Below the pieces are notes generated by a model. The model saw nothing but the letters and a program-made list of their open reading frames with translations. It did not search any database and had not been told where the DNA came from. Below are positions 1-7,640 of a DNA stretch of 8,611 bases, in pieces. Position numbers and translations under genes: made by a program. Numbering within the stretch: the first letter of the stretch is position 1; each line of letters opens with the position of its first letter. The stretch comes from a virus (taxonomy: Duplodnaviria; Heunggongvirae; Uroviricota; Caudoviricetes): positions 1 through 8,611 of the IMG/VR virus record IMGVR_UViG_2563366981_000001, one strand, 5' to 3'.

Positions 1-1254
1 ATGCTGGAACAAATGGGCATTGCCGCGAAGCAAGCCTCGTATAAATTAGCGCAACTCTCCAGCCGCGAAAAAAATCGCGTGCTGGAAAAAATCGCCGATG
101 AACTGGAAGCACAAAGCGAAATCATCCTCAACGCTAACGCCCAGGATGTTGCTGACGCGCGAGCCAATGGCCTTAGCGAAGCGATGCTTGACCGTCTGGC
201 ACTGACGCCCGCACGGCTGAAAGGCATTGCCGACGATGTACGTCAGGTGTGCAACCTCGCCGATCCGGTGGGGCAGGTAATCGATGGCGGCGTACTGGAC
301 AGCGGCCTGCGTCTTGAGCGTCGTCGCGTACCGCTGGGGGTTATTGGCGTGATTTATGAAGCGCGCCCGAACGTGACGGTTGATGTCGCTTCGCTGTGCC
401 TGAAAACCGGTAATGCGGTGATCCTGCGCGGTGGCAAAGAAACGTGTCGCACTAACGCTGCAACGGTGGCGGTGATTCAGGACGCCCTGAAATCCTGCGG
501 CTTACCGGCGGGTGCCGTGCAGGCGATTGATAATCCTGACCGTGCGCTGGTCAGTGAAATGCTGCGTATGGATAAATACATCGACATGCTGATCCCGCGT
601 GGTGGCGCTGGTTTGCATAAACTGTGCCGTGAACAGTCGACAATCCCGGTGATCACAGGTGGTATAGGCGTATGCCATATTTACGTTGATGAAAGTGTAG
701 AGATCGCTGAAGCATTAAAAGTGATCGTCAACGCGAAAACTCAGCGTCCGAGCACATGTAATACGGTTGAAACGTTGCTGGTGAATAAAAACATCGCCGA
801 TAGCTTCCTGCCCGCATTAAGCAAACAAATGGCGGAAAGCGGCGTGACATTACACGCAGATGCAGCTGCACTGGCGCAGTTGCAGGCAGGCCCTGCGAAG
901 GTGGTTGCTGTTAAAGCCGAAGAGTATGACGATGAGTTTCTGTCATTAGATTTGAACGTCAAAATCGTCAGCGATCTTGACGATGCCATCGCCCATATTC
1001 GTGAACACGGCACACAACACTCCGATGCGATCCTGACCCGCGATATGCGCAACGCCCAGCGTTTTGTTAACGAAGTGGATTCGTCCGCTGTTTACGTTAA
1101 CGCCTCTACGCGTTTTACCGACGGCGGCCAGTTTGGTCTGGGTGCGGAAGTGGCGGTAAGCACACAAAAACTCCACGCGCGTGGCCCAATGGGGCTGGAA
1201 GCACTGACCACTTACAAGTGGATCGGCATTGGTGATTACACCATTCGTGCGTAA
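1..1254 (+). CDS. proA: gamma-glutamyl phosphate reductase (glutamate-5-semialdehyde dehydrogenase), complete
   Basis: 417-aa ORF from ATG at 1 to TAA at 1252-1254; full-length collinear match to recalled enterobacterial ProA ([20 protein letters not shown]... through ...[12 protein letters not shown]). Followed by a tRNA-Thr as in the E. coli proBA-thrW locus. Confidence 0.96.
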
Positions 1255-1368
1255 ATAAAACCGGGTGATGCAAAAGTAGCCATTTGATTCACAAGGCCAT
1301 TGACGCATCGCCCGGTTAGTTTTAACCTTGTCCACCGTGATTCACGTTCGTGAACATGTCCTTTCAGG

Positions 1369-1444
1369 GCCGATATAGCTCAGTTGGTAGAGCAGCGCAT
1401 TCGTAATGCGAAGGTCGTAGGTTCGACTCCTATTATCGGCACCA
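1369..1444 (+). tRNA. thrW: tRNA-Thr (anticodon CGU), intact, thrW-type; integration target (attL side) for the adjacent prophage
   Basis: 76-nt sequence GCCGATATAGCTCAGTTGGTAGAGCAGCGCATTCGTAATGCGAAGGTCGTAGGTTCGACTCCTATTATCGGCACCA. Acceptor stem GCCGATA/TATCGGC pairs, anticodon loop carries CGT, T-loop GGTTCGACTCC, 3' CCA encoded. thrW is the known attB of P22/Sf6-type phages. Confidence 0.95.
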
Positions 1445-1458
1445 TTTAAATCAATAAG

Positions 1459-2622
1459 TTACACATCATTAGTACCTTCCTTATTTTTTGACTGGGACAA
1501 ATTTGGGACCGATGGGTTCAGGATCGAGTCTATTTGCCGTGCGTGTTCGGTAAGGTGATTAGGTGCAAGGTGAGCATATCGACGAACCATTTCGATAGAC
1601 TCCCAGCCTCCCATTTCCTGTAACACTGACAACGGGACTCCGGCTTGAACCAGCCAACTTGCCCAGGTGTGTCTCAAGTCGTGAAATCTGAAATCATCAA
1701 TACCAGCCCGTCTCAGCGCCGCTTTCCAGGCTGTGTTTGCGTCATACCGCATCTTCCTTACTGTTGGCGCTTTCGTTCCGTCTGGTTTGGTACAGCTTTC
1801 CTTGTACACAAATACCCAACGGTGATGATTCCCGATTTGTTTTTTCAATACGCGACATGCAGTATCATTCAGCGCAACGCCAATTGCGCGGTTTGATTTA
1901 CTCTCTTCCGGGTTTATCCATGCCACCCGGCGCTGCATATCTATTTGTTGCCATTCAAGGTTGATGATGTTCGAGCGTCTTAAACCTGTTGCCAGTGCAA
2001 ATTCAACAACAGACTTTAATGGCTCCGGACATTCATCAATCAGCCTTTGTGCTTCATGGGGCTCCAGCCAGCGGATCCGTTTATTCTTTGGTTGAGGCAC
2101 TTTAATAATTGGTGCCTTATCCAGCATTTTCCATTCACGCTCTGCGGCTCTTAGTAGGGCCTTTATAAATGAAAGATGCGTAGCCTTCGTTGCAACGGAC
2201 GCTGGTTTTGGCGTGTATTCTGGAACAGGTTTCCCTTTTTTTCTGCATGCTTCTGCCCTGAGTTTCCAGTTTTCCTCATGACGCCGGTTCGTCATTTTCT
2301 GCATTGCTGAATAAATTTTTGATTCAGTAATGTCTCTTAGTTGCATTCCTGCGAAATGTTGAAGCCAGAATCCGATCCGGCTTTTGTCATCGTCCAGTGA
2401 TTTTTTATGTGCTTTCTCTTCAAGCCACCTGACACACGCTTCCTCGAACGTTATATCAGGTATTTCACCAAGTTTGCTGACCCGCCATGCTTCAGCCTTT
2501 AGCTTGTCATGGAGTTCTGTCGCCTGCCTTTTGTCCTTTGTTCCAAGAGACTGTTTAAATCTTTTACCGTTCGGCAATGTGAAACTGGCGTACCATATTT
2601 CACCTCTGCGGAAGAGTGACAT
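1459..2622 (-). CDS. int: phage tyrosine integrase (P22/Sf6-like Int)
   Basis: 387-aa ORF; stop codon 14 bp from the tRNA 3' end and convergent with it (classic tRNA-int attL arrangement). N-terminus [22 protein letters not shown] matches recalled P22 Int; C-terminal catalytic region contains [15 protein letters not shown] ... VRRYAHL (R/H-x-x-R/Y tyrosine-recombinase motifs). Confidence 0.92.
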   Translation of the reverse strand: MSLFRRGEIWYASFTLPNGKRFKQSLGTKDKRQATELHDKLKAEAWRVSKLGEIPDITFEEACVRWLEEKAHKKSLDDDKSRIGFWLQHFAGMQLRDITESKIYSAMQKMTNRRHEENWKLRAEACRKKGKPVPEYTPKPASVATKATHLSFIKALLRAAEREWKMLDKAPIIKVPQPKNKRIRWLEPHEAQRLIDECPEPLKSVVEFALATGLRRSNIINLEWQQIDMQRRVAWINPEESKSNRAIGVALNDTACRVLKKQIGNHHRWVFVYKESCTKPDGTKAPTVRKMRYDANTAWKAALRRAGIDDFRFHDLRHTWASWLVQAGVPLSVLQEMGGWESIEMVRRYAHLAPNHLTEHARQIDSILNPSVPNLSQSKNKEGTNDV

Positions 2623-2849
2623 TTTCTTTCCTCTGTTATGCCATCACCCGCGCTCACCTGGACAGTATGCAGCGGAGACTGAAGAGCCGCAATGCAGGCT
2701 TGTCGTGTTGTGAGGTAAGGAGATTTATTCTTAGTGGGATCTTTGCGTGTTGCCTGAAGACGCCCTGTGCGTATCCAGTTAATGGCAGTCGGTCTGGATA
2801 TCTTGAGAAAATGACAGGCCTCATCGAGTGTGAGGCTGTATGGCTCCAT
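2499..2849 (-). CDS. xis: excisionase (P22-like Xis)
   Basis: 116-aa reading frame starting at the internal ATG (complement of 2847-2849) of the 144-aa track ORF: [40 protein letters not shown]..., which matches recalled P22 Xis. Lies immediately upstream of int and overlaps its 5' end (2499-2622). Confidence 0.78.
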   Translation of the reverse strand: MEPYSLTLDEACHFLKISRPTAINWIRTGRLQATRKDPTKNKSPYLTTRQACIAALQSPLHTVQVSAGDGITEERKCHSSAEVKYGTPVSHCRTVKDLNSLLEQRTKGRRQNSMTS

Positions 2850-3154
2850 TATTTCACCTCTTGCTGTGACATTGTTGAAAAATGGATACCAGCTCGTTGC
2901 TGCCAGACGATCCAACCGAGAGTCATATCCCATGCCATGTATTCGTTATCGCCGTTTTTTGCTCTCCGACGATCTACTAAGTCACCGAAACGCTTTTCCA
3001 TGAATAATTCATAAGCTTCGCGTTCATCTGGTTCTACTTCCAGCGATAGGAGTGCGATTTCATAAGCACGGCGCTCAATATCGTCTCGCACGTCAAGGCT
3101 GCTGATACGCTCTTTAATTTCTTTAATCAGTTCTTTGTCGGTAAAAGTGATCAT
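2849..3154 (-). CDS. hypothetical acidic phage protein, translationally coupled to xis
   Basis: 101 aa from ATG (complement of 3152-3154), preceded by GGAG 6 nt upstream (CTGGAGCATA-ATG). Its stop TAA overlaps the xis ATG (TAATG at 2847-2851). The track ORF start at 3178 is a TTG inside the IS1 inverted repeat and is rejected. No family recognised. Confidence 0.55.
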   Translation of the reverse strand: MITFTDKELIKEIKERISSLDVRDDIERRAYEIALLSLEVEPDEREAYELFMEKRFGDLVDRRRAKNGDNEYMAWDMTLGWIVWQQRAGIHFSTMSQQEVK

Positions 3155-3219
3155 TATGCTCCAGGGTGATGCTGCCAACTTACTGATTTAGTGTATGATG
3201 GTGTTTTTGAGGTGCTCCA

Positions 3220-3495
3220 GTGGCTTCTGTTTCTATCAGCTGTCCCTCCTGTTCAGCTACTGACGGGGTGGTGCGTAACGGCAAAAGCACCGCCGGACAT
3301 CAGCGCTATCTCTGCTCTCACTGCCGTAAAACATGGCAACTGCAGTTCACTTACACCGCTTCTCAACCCGGTACGCACCAGAAAATCATTGATATGGCCA
3401 TGAATGGCGTTGGATGCCGGGCAACAGCCCGCATTATGGGCGTTGGCCTCAACACGATTTTACGTCACTTAAAAAACTCAGGCCGCAGTCGGTAA
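3220..3495 (+). CDS. insA: IS1 InsA (transposition inhibitor / N-terminal part of InsAB')
   Basis: 91-aa ORF (GTG start) [43 protein letters not shown]... with zinc-finger Cys pattern; matches IS1 InsA. Confidence 0.95.
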
Positions 3496-3917
3496 CCTCG
3501 CGCATACAGCCGGGCAGTGACGTCATCGTCTGCGCGGAAATGGACGAACAGTGGGGCTATGTCGGGGCTAAATCGCGCCAGCGCTGGCTGTTTTACGCGT
3601 ATGACAGTCTCCGGAAGACGGTTGTTGCGCACGTATTCGGTGAACGCACTATGGCGACGCTGGGGCGTCTTATGAGCCTGCTGTCACCCTTTGACGTGGT
3701 GATATGGATGACGGATGGCTGGCCGCTGTATGAATCCCGCCTGAAGGGAAAGCTGCACGTAATCAGCAAGCGATATACGCAGCGAATTGAGCGGCATAAC
3801 CTGAATCTGAGGCAGCACCTGGCACGGCTGGGACGGAAGTCGCTGTCGTTCTCAAAATCGGTGGAGCTGCATGACAAAGTCATCGGGCATTATCTGAACA
3901 TAAAACACTATCAATAA
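3414..3917 (+). CDS. insB: IS1 InsB frame (expressed as InsAB' transposase by -1 frameshift)
   Basis: 167-aa ORF ...[28 protein letters not shown]... in the -1 frame relative to insA; the slippery TTAAAAAAC motif is present at 3469-3477 within the overlap. Confidence 0.9.
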
Positions 3918-3955
3918 GTTGGAGTCATTACCCAGGAATTGTTTCCAGAATATGA

Positions 3956-4330
3956 GGATCGGGAACGCTTCCTGATGATGTTATTGAAATTACAAGAGAA
4001 ACATATGAGCAATTTCTTGGGCTGCATCCAGAAGGGAAAGAAATTGGCGCTGACAGTTCAGGACGGCCAGTATGGATTAATTCCCCACCCCCTTCAAAAG
4101 AGGATGAGGTGTTGACGGCTGAAATGAAAAAAATATCTTTGGTTTCTGAAGTCAATACCTACATCAATACTCATCAGTGGCCTGGCAAAGCGGCGATTGG
4201 TCGTCTGAAAAGTGAGGAACTGGCGCAATATAATTTGTGGCTGGATTATCTGGACGCACTGGAACTGGTTGATACCTCCAGTGCGCCAGATATTGAATGG
4301 CCTACGCCTCCGGCAGTTCAGGCCAGATGA
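3956..4330 (+). pseudogene. tail fiber assembly protein, 5'-truncated fragment (Tfa/U-family C-terminal part)
   Basis: Open frame without stop from 3956 to TGA at 4328-4330 (ATG-initiated part 4109..4330), ending ...LWLDYLDALELVDTSSAPDIEWPTPPAVQAR. The DTS(S/T)APD(I/V)xWP C-terminal signature is that of lambda Tfa / Mu U-type chaperones. No plausible N-terminus; the frame begins 24 bp from the IS1 right end. Confidence 0.5.
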
Positions 4331-4904
4331 CATCCGGCGCGGTGCTGGTATCTGTTGCCGTCACCGCGTCAATGTAATCCAGCACAGCGTTAAGTCGGGT
4401 GTTTTCTGTCTGCGTCAGCTTCCGCCCGGCCTGTAATTTCAGTTGAATCAGACTGATGGAAGCCATTGCAGCATCAATCAGCGACTGGCGCTGTGCTTCT
4501 GCCGCTTCTACTGCGGCGCTATGCTGTGCCTCAGTATCGGTCACCCATTTCTCACCATCCCATTTATCGTATGGCGTTAACGGTGCGAGAGTGGTTGTAT
4601 TTTCGGGATAGTCGCCTGGTGCTGTGATTTCTTTAGCATCTCCCGTTTCGGTGTTATAGACAATTTCACCGCGATGGTCTGGCACATATTCCCATGAGTT
4701 AAAATCTGCAGAACGGCAGATTGCATAACCAGTTTTGTATGAGCCAGGAGCATCTAAACAGGAACATGCCGGAATGCCGACACCCACAGCAAGATATTCA
4801 GTTGATGTGAAAATATATTCCCGTGTTTCACCATCATAGTTATAAACCGTAATATTTCCTGCCTGGGTGGCGATAAATTCGTTATTTAATACATCGTAAT
4901 CCAT
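4302..4904 (-). CDS. tfa: tail fiber assembly protein (Tfa; lambda Tfa / e14 TfaE-like)
   Basis: 200-aa ORF; central ...EYVPDHRGEIVYNTETGDAKEI... and C-terminal ...DTSTAPDVIWPELPEA resemble recalled lambda Tfa (VEDHRGKTVYDVASGDA...; ...RVDTSTAPDIEWP). Start ATG overlaps the stop of the upstream tail-fibre segment (TAATG at 4902-4906). Confidence 0.85.
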   Translation of the reverse strand: MDYDVLNNEFIATQAGNITVYNYDGETREYIFTSTEYLAVGVGIPACSCLDAPGSYKTGYAICRSADFNSWEYVPDHRGEIVYNTETGDAKEITAPGDYPENTTTLAPLTPYDKWDGEKWVTDTEAQHSAAVEAAEAQRQSLIDAAMASISLIQLKLQAGRKLTQTENTRLNAVLDYIDAVTATDTSTAPDVIWPELPEA

Positions 4905-5404
4905 TATGCAGCCCTCACGATATAATTAAAGGCAATGTTACGAGGACGGTTTTCGTTTGCAGTTGGAACAACTCTGGAAGCATCAAATGTTACTCGCTTT
5001 GCATAACCACCTTTAATTGAATCAGATGAAGCATCTCCGATGACGCTGGTTATAAAAACGCCAGAGTCAGAAGGATAGGTATTAAACCTGACATCTACTA
5101 ATGCACCAATTATATTTCGAATGGTATCTCCCTGTGACGAAAGCAAGCTACGGTTAGTATCAATCCCTCTTCCATCATCCCAGCCACGAATAAACTCACC
5201 GCGTAAATCAGGCAATTTATTTGTCGGGTAAACCTTTGCCAGTTCCGGGTATTCTTCAGCAGAAAAAGCCGCTCCGTTGCATTTCAGCCAGCCTGTTGGC
5301 GGAGTGGCGGAAGGCCACGGAACAGGCACGCCAACGGGTAATGCCGAACCTTCTCCCAAACCAACGTTTATGAAAATGCAGAAATAACGAGCAGATGACA
5401 TCAT
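4904..5404 (-). CDS. side tail fiber protein, C-terminal variable segment (e14 StfE-like; lacks the constant N-terminal part)
   Basis: 166-aa ORF directly upstream of and coupled to tfa, with a hix/gix-like crossover site inside its first ~20 codons and an invertase gene adjacent. This is the arrangement of the Sv'/U' half of Mu G, P1 C and e14 P invertible segments. Not a stand-alone gene. Confidence 0.7.
   Translation of the reverse strand: MMSSARYFCIFINVGLGEGSALPVGVPVPWPSATPPTGWLKCNGAAFSAEEYPELAKVYPTNKLPDLRGEFIRGWDDGRGIDTNRSLLSSQGDTIRNIIGALVDVRFNTYPSDSGVFITSVIGDASSDSIKGGYAKRVTFDASRVVPTANENRPRNIAFNYIVRAA
5351..5376. promoter_or_regulatory. candidate invertase crossover site (pix/hix/gix-like 26-bp site, 12-2-12 with AA centre)
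   Basis: TTCTCCCAAACC-AA-CGTTTATGAAAA. Both half-sites fit the recalled Hin/Gin half-site pattern TTnTCnnAAACC (right half as reverse complement TTTTCATAAACG); 18/26 identities to recalled gix TTATCCAAAACCTCGGTTTACAGGAA. It sits at the 5' end of the stf variable segment, 55 bp from pin. Confidence 0.45.
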
Positions 5405-5430
5405 TCCTGCTTTTGTCAGGGAGATCTACC

Positions 5431-5985
5431 ATGCTTATTGGCTATGTACGTGTGTCAACAAATGACCAGAACACAGATCTACAACGTAATGCGCTGAACT
5501 GTGCAGGATGCGAGCTGATTTTTGAAGACAAGATAAGCGGTACAAAGTCCGAAAGGCCGGGACTGAAAAAACTGCTCAGGACATTATCGGCAGGTGACAC
5601 TCTGGTTGTCTGGAAGCTGGATCGGCTGGGGCGTAGTATGCGGCATCTGGTCATTCTGGTTGAGGAGTTGCGCGAACGTGGCGTTAATTTTCGCAGCCTG
5701 ACGGATGCTATTGATACCAGCACACCGATGGGGCGTTTTTTCTTTCATGTGATGGGGGCCCTGGCTGAAATGGAACGAGAACTGATTGTTGAACGAACAA
5801 AAGCTGGACTGGAGGCTGCTCGCGCACAGGGACGAATTGGTGGACGTCGTCCCAAACTTACACCAGAACAATGGGCGCAGGCCGGGCGATTAATTGCATC
5901 AGGCGTTCCTCGCCAGAAGGTGGCGATCATCTATGATGTTGGTATATCGACACTGTATAAGAAGTTTCCGGTCGGAGATAAATGA
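5431..5985 (+). CDS. pin: serine DNA invertase (Pin/Gin/Hin/Cin family)
   Basis: 184 aa from ATG at 5431 (AGGGAGA 7 nt upstream): MLIGYVRVSTNDQNTDLQRNAL... with catalytic Ser in the YVRVSTNDQ motif and a C-terminal HTH (GRIGGRRPKLT...VAIIYDVGISTLYKK). Near-collinear with recalled e14 PinE. The upstream ATG at 5395 is rejected as an N-terminal extension. Confidence 0.93.
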   Translation: MLIGYVRVSTNDQNTDLQRNALNCAGCELIFEDKISGTKSERPGLKKLLRTLSAGDTLVVWKLDRLGRSMRHLVILVEELRERGVNFRSLTDAIDTSTPMGRFFFHVMGALAEMERELIVERTKAGLEAARAQGRIGGRRPKLTPEQWAQAGRLIASGVPRQKVAIIYDVGISTLYKKFPVGDK

Positions 5986-6026
5986 AACCGTAGCACGTCG
6001 TATGCAAGATCGTGCTGCGGTTTATG
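5986..6026. terminator. candidate bidirectional rho-independent terminator between convergent pin and the GIY-YIG gene
   Basis: Imperfect hairpin AACCG-t-AGCACG ... CGTGCT-g-CGGTT (5986-6022) followed by TTTAT, in the 57-bp gap between the pin stop (5985) and the stop of the convergent gene (6043). Confidence 0.35.
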
Positions 6027-6042
6027 CTTATCACTTAAAGAC

Positions 6043-6912
<870 letters not shown>

Positions 6913-6991
6913 CTAAGCCTTTGAATTTACAAGTACAAAAAAGATACTTTTCCTCATAATGTGAATTAATTTTATGTTTCGTTTGATGATT

Positions 6992-7057
6992 GGACCGGTC
7001 TCGAAAACCGGAGTAGGGGCAACTCTACCGGGGGGGCAAATCCCCCTCTCTCCGCCA
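6992..7057 (+). tRNA. tRNA-Ser(CGA) 3' fragment (serU-like; anticodon stem to CCA end); pseudo-tRNA / att-site remnant, not a functional gene
   Basis: GGACCGGTCTCGAAAACCGGAGTAGGGGCAACTCTACCGGGGGGGCAAATCCCCCTCTCTCCGCCA matches the recalled 3' two-thirds of E. coli tRNA-Ser(CGA): anticodon loop CT-CGA-AA, long variable arm, acceptor 3' strand TCTCTCC + CCA. The 5' ~24 nt (acceptor 5' strand, D-arm) are absent, and the T-loop reads GGGCAAATC rather than the expected GTTCAAATC. Confidence 0.7.
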
Positions 7058-7640
7058 CTTTATCAATGACTTATCTCCCGACTTCCCGCCTTGCTTTTCC
7101 TAAACAGAACAATCGTAGAATATTCTTGAAGGGTTAGATCGTCACTGTTTTCTGTTCGATACTGTGACATTCAGCACTTGATTCGCTATGGATCTGACAG
7201 GAAGGTTTCGAGCGAAAATCTGCAGTTATTCAGTCGTTTTCTTATCGGTCACCATTATTCTTTTAGACATTGATCCTACAAAGCTGCCGCAAAGTTGGTG
7301 GTGGGAACTGAAGTTGCGTAGAGAAGGGGTCAATACCCGGAGGCAAACATGGGCTGGCAAAAGTGTAGCGGTATTAGGCGCAGCTATTTAGCCTAGTTAT
7401 GTTTTATGAAAACTTGATATCATATAAGTGTCTTACTTATTGGCTGTAAATAAGGTTTTCTAAGGAATTGTTTCTTTAGCATCATTTGTAACTGTAACGG
7501 AATTTATAATCCTTTACTTTATTTTTACGGTATTTTTTATCACACCCTATTTTTTATGTGGTTTTTTATACTAAAGTTTGGCAAAGTGAACTTTATATGC
7601 ATATACTTCATCCTGGTTTCAGTTAAATTGGGTGGATGAT

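Larger units (their letters stand above)
3165..3932 (+). mobile_element. IS1 insertion sequence, complete (768 bp)
   Basis: Left end GGTGATGCTGCCAACTTACTGAT and right end ...ATCAATAAGTTGGAGTCATTACC are the canonical IS1 terminal inverted repeats; insA and insB inside in standard order. Flanking 9-mers (ATGCTCCAG left, CAGGAATTG right) are not a direct repeat. Confidence 0.96.

Noticed and set aside
741-1335. Minus-strand ORFs (103 and 129 aa) inside and just beyond proA
   Set aside because: Antisense shadow ORFs within a confidently identified core gene; no recognisable motifs.
1645-3014. Plus-strand ORFs (83, 75, 109 and 132 aa) overlapping int and xis
   Set aside because: Antisense to well-supported int/xis coding sequence; low-complexity Ser/Leu/Cys-rich translations typical of out-of-frame reads.
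3155-3178. N-terminal extension of the small acidic ORF (MAASPWSIM..., track start at 3178)
   Set aside because: Start is a TTG inside the IS1 inverted repeat; the ATG at 3152-3154 with GGAG upstream is the credible start.
3191-3883. Additional ORFs inside IS1 (70 aa on +, 96 aa on -)
   Set aside because: Alternative-frame and antisense reads within the IS1 insA/insB region; IS1 encodes only InsA and InsAB'.
3928-4436. ORFs of 75 and 79 aa on - and 74 aa on + around the tfa fragment
   Set aside because: Overlap the better-supported tail-fibre-assembly frames; no start or RBS support or motifs.
5395-5430. Upstream ATG extending Pin by 12 residues (MTSFLLLSGRST)
   Set aside because: Recalled Pin/Gin/Hin proteins begin at MLIGY...; the ATG at 5431 has a good SD, and the extension would overlap the stf start region.
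5442-5930. Three minus-strand ORFs (93, 95 and 61 aa) inside pin
   Set aside because: Antisense to a confidently identified invertase gene.
6992-7057. Calling the tRNA-Ser-like sequence a functional tRNA gene
   Set aside because: No 5' acceptor strand or D-arm upstream and an apparently disrupted T-loop; treated as an att-type fragment instead.
7188-7391. 67-aa ORF in the AT-rich spacer before the AraC-family gene
   Set aside because: No SD, odd composition (WWWELKLRREG), and it sits in what is probably a promoter/leader region; cannot exclude a small protein, but unsupported.
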